Below are positions 63,801 to 64,000 of a stretch of DNA of 64,000 nt, one piece after another (the first letter of the stretch is position 1; each line of letters starts with the position of its first letter). The notes under the pieces were generated by a model. That model was given only the letters and a program-made list of their open reading frames with translations. It did no database searches and was not told where the DNA came from. The position numbers and the translations under genes are program-made. Source of the DNA: a virus (lineage: Duplodnaviria > Caudoviricetes); the IMG/VR virus record IMGVR_UViG_3300031998_000027, positions 1 to 64,000 of that record, one strand, 5' to 3'.

Positions 63801-64000
63801 ATTAGGATGGGATCCAGAGTTTCAACAAGTTCCAATTCAATCTGATGCAGTACAAGATCAATTAATTGAGTATCAAGATCCTTTTACTGGTGAGACAAAA
63901 ACTTATAAAGTTAGTGCTGAAGAAGCCGCAGCTGGATACATAACAGTTCCTACTCCAAAAGGTAAATCGCATAATTTTACTAAAACTGGTTTTGATGCAA
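57874..64000 (+). CDS. tail tape measure protein (TP901-type core), truncated by the window end
   Basis: GGAGGG SD, ATG 57874; helical repeats; VKELDEVMT..AVVT..YYQQGL..MTSALRGF..D.YS.LAA.TASNVEEI core; missing from the ORF track because no stop lies in the window. Confidence 0.88.
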   Translation, partial: MADKKFNITFDVDANITPVKNAISGLQSALSKINIPENFKKGLTDTFTKLDNEIKNFESIASKGFTNLADVNKAEKSFDRVTDLLSKLRTEAARLKGVDPNKLLPKETIDKTKALHSEWVKLKAAMDKGFGNTAEIAKQNQELDKQNNKLEELQGKYNDLAAANKTMGARRGTLSQSLDADTKKATELVARMQELEKVKGGNRTAEYKQLSGQLEVLNGSIKRNQTEYDNLGKKINENKTAMAGYSTQITSTGNTISQITATIEQLKSAAQQTPEGLNQLREKLAEVKGVNLNEIPTDIDAIGREIQDLNVDQVRQLTQSIDGLEPPLKEATNATQGLGNAMDTASGQMREMTAREKEIEQLANRVKYFFSIGNTVQLFKRAVKSAINTVKELDEVMTQAAVVTKFDVSGMWAQLPEYTKRANELGVTVKGVYEASTLYYQQGLETEQVIGVTNETLKMAKIAGLDYATATNYMTSALRGFNMEVNELSAQKVNDIYSQLAAKTASNVEEISIAMSKVAPLAHNAGMEIETTAAMLAQMIEKTREAPETLGTAMKTVIARFQELKKDPALIEPVDGEMVDANKVETALNTIGVALRDTSGQFRQLDEVFLEISQKWDTLDVNTQRYIATIAAGSRQQSRFIAMMADYARTTDLVKLANNSAGASSEQFEKTQASLATALNRLKNAWDQFAMGLANNEVIKKVIDLITGFINIVNKAIDTISRGNSIVKSILNLGALLGGIKLAKAAFTGFFNWLLKGSKLIGAEAGASFGANIRKSLKSLEKAFAKTTWVGPNLTAARVEVQKLAAADLTTADAQDRLSAAQAIYNRLLKESISGLTLTNAQQAAANTLIGMGVDETLAQAAALSGLTKEEVDEIITKGINNKETEEQITARLVEVATIKTEAGAEAGLITTQKMGILTRLKYIGLLIFGTRKQREDAFSKLGMAGATATATAAQEAFNASLYACPIGWIIAGILALVAAMTILVVLVAKKFSLTEKMKNAAKETDAAKESANEAKQAYDDLLGDNEKYDELQKTLEDLTYGTIEWKQALVEVNNQVLELINKYPALIKFLERGQFGQLQISEAGWDQLIKEQENTMLNTQGALTLARSKEFEYQAQKALQDAKSLAIYTSSTVTGGNAPVASYTSIFDEDTFNYVKKLVDEGQVKDFADSVKNAGIASLLSAEEIEDLGQALINYRNVVIDTNNKINSSLEAFFITAISADKSTLLGGSAGNIAHAFSKKYSTNNERSIQEKSESIYKDDGYAEFRHNEYFQQLAAKYDVSAQMVGKDLEDLQTLYKAVKGVETIPQEIEKNKRALANAIAEVELSEVYTEAINKFTDQFITLSNNEQEILNLVMSEGLNYIDKNPEYLGDFYKKNQELLDQLYGSKEGFVHAWTEAVENGKQEIAEAKAKLIDTGILPNADELFGKGLDAGAISGLSENLIKVFEVSGTEAASTLANSIQDIVNQISNPEDAAKFATVLNSIDWSKTEQIEGLSDSLKELITSTDLSEEDLNELENQMILLAKATRTVDLEKVADQIKSLSKIQYNIKNGEQKGTFSEEDYKTLIDAGVASAGDFVYNLATDSWDYIGGSMEELNIALDNNTKALLGQEDLERGIEISKAARQTIEEVDTVNFSDATSLGNALGTFLEKTGGNNGIVSEDWLKYNQGDVDALAEKWREVVGEAVMLEDRENKLSDVIRTGEVTRAQNNSISSNVTRAMEATGGTLSVEKTPMIFGASEYTDALLAQGKALEVDQELLDKFNNSLKEGQWSYAGLYAQQIANIAATYEEAKANEIDIESVKQLADYYIKNGTLTEEQIDEANKLALAILKQKQGLESLSDSYETWSNNIRTMDKNSDEYRDSVEGMRKAIKQLTNTSKDLSDEFLTNEDTLQMVQDVLDGTEGSVEKLQKAIGQNFLDGLTFSGDPQALIDGILAYNPEIEIGTTINNNEFLNGLYDMMIDADATVAQIQDLFNALGWDPEFQQVPIQSDAVQDQLIEYQDPFTGETKTYKVSAEEAAAGYITVPTPKGKSHNFTKTGFDA

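Noticed and set aside
57874-64000. Apparent ORF-free 6-kb region in the track
   Set aside because: It is the open tape measure frame, which lacks a stop inside the window
1-64000. Stop-codon reassignment
   Set aside because: Core genes (terL, portal, capsid, tail) read full-length in the standard code

Overview
A 64-kb segment of a large, AT-rich tailed dsDNA phage. It is probably a siphovirus of a Firmicutes/Clostridia host, judged from sigma-A-type promoters, strong SD sites and an amidase endolysin with an SLH-like tail. Left to right: an 81-nt tmRNA-like RNA reduced to its tRNA-like domain, clpP-like and phoH-like genes; a ~13-kb block of modular tail fibre/receptor-binding genes; a lysis cassette; small accessory genes with a kinase-fold protein and a nicotinamidase-family enzyme; a repeat-rich non-coding stretch (~25.4-27.1 kb); a ~16-kb array (27.1-43.4 kb) of self-contained expression units; a divergent intergenic region with phased T-tracts; then terminase, portal, scaffold/protease, capsid, neck, two tail-tube paralogs and a tape measure gene running off the window. 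The most striking structure is the array. I counted 28 copies of a 23-bp palindrome AATTAGATGT-NNN-ACATCTAATT, nearly all exactly 7 bp upstream of a -35 box. Each unit is palindrome-promoter-RBS-small ORF(s) or non-coding RNA-terminator, with duplicated promoter modules and recurring paralog families. Other notable items are the minimal tmRNA, a covarying structured leader on two winged-helix paralogs, and short non-coding units that begin with an anti-(-35) sequence. All calls are by eye, without database searches.
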